Shown: in pieces, positions 63,126-64,000 of the stretch
How the letters are laid out: the number at the start of each line of letters is the position of its first letter
How positions within the stretch are numbered: the first letter of the stretch is position 1
DNA from: Saccostrea echinata
Lineage: Eukaryota
Assembly: GCF_033153115.1 (NCBI RefSeq)
Contig: NW_026889791.1
Coordinates: 1,302,001-1,366,000 of the forward strand
Reading direction: 5' to 3'
DNA length: 64,000 nt
Position numbers and translations under genes: made by a program
The notes under the pieces: generated by a model
Database searches by the model: none
What the model was told of the DNA's origin: nothing
Seen by the model: the letters and a program-made list of their open reading frames with translations, nothing else

Positions 63126-64000
63126 AAAATCATGGTTGTTATTCACGGTGAAACAGATTGCACAGGTGTCAGATTAGACAGTTTTCACTGTATAACAAAG
63201 GACAAAGATCCTTTTCTCGTTATGGCTTTTGAACCCCACTAAAATATAAAGTAGGAAACAAAATGTTTTTTGATATATCTTACCACATTTGCTGTATTGC
63301 GTAATTATTCATTTCATGTCCTCCGATATACGTGACTTTTTCTGGAAATTTATTTTTTACAAAATGTGTAAGAAAGTCACCATCTGTGATTAATATGTTG
63401 TTCAACAACAAGAAAAGTGTCAATAACTATTGAAGAAAACTTCTTACATCGTCACTTTGTTAACCTCTACTTGTATACTGAACATTTAGTTGTTTCAGGA
63501 AGCCATATTCATTGTTCAATTAAAAACTACAGCACATTTTTAATCACGCCTTTAGAGCATTACCTTAATCATTATTCCTTGTTGTCTTCTTGTAAGTGGC
63601 TAATGGTCATTCCAAATTGTAAACTTCAGACAAAGCAGCGTACAAAACTAGAGTGAGACACATTATGTTGATTGTCCTTCACAACCACCTCCCACCTAAT
63701 GGATGTTGCACATTTAAGATGAATAAGAATTCCTAATCAAACACGATCGTGGTGTCTATGAAACATTACTTTGGTGAGAAAATTGTAGTTTTAACAGATA
63801 GGTGTCTATCGTTATAATGATTTACAAGAGAAAAGCAAGATTTAAAAAACTGTCCTTCATAATGTTCTAGAATACTGTAAACGTACTTTTTTCCCCGGGG
63901 TCATAATTACGCGGAATCATAACTTTTTTTTCAATCCTCACGTAGAAAATTACGAAAGATTTCTTGGGTTGTCTTTACATGTCCTTAATATATTTTAAGT

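Overview
AT-rich, repeat-rich eukaryotic DNA. The repeat families (Cg170/HindIII-like satellite, HINE-like Helentron derivatives, tRNA-headed SINEs, Penelope-like RT remnants) and the C1qDC genes point to a bivalve, probably an oyster; this is inference. Main result: a 16-exon minus-strand gene (ATG 18573 to stop 7256) that the ORF track almost entirely misses. I assembled it by hand from GT-AG signals. All 15 introns are phase 1 and the internal exons are 12-90 nt. Exons 5-15 are all multiples of 6 nt. The predicted 354-aa secreted, Cys-free protein has a His-rich N-terminus, a V/I/K/P/H-rich beta-prone rod and a Gly-rich tail, and all 23 prolines in residues 16-233 fall on odd-numbered residues. 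Two tandem coiled-coil + C1q genes (27.1-28.1 kb, 30.1-31.5 kb) are each interrupted just upstream of the linker KR motif, one by a 1-nt frameshift and the other by an in-frame TGA. The rest is mostly transposon-derived: nested Kolobok-like/foldback/Penelope-like elements, HINEs with internal satellite arrays, SINEs, MITEs and microsatellites. All coordinates and translations were derived by eye and need confirming computationally.
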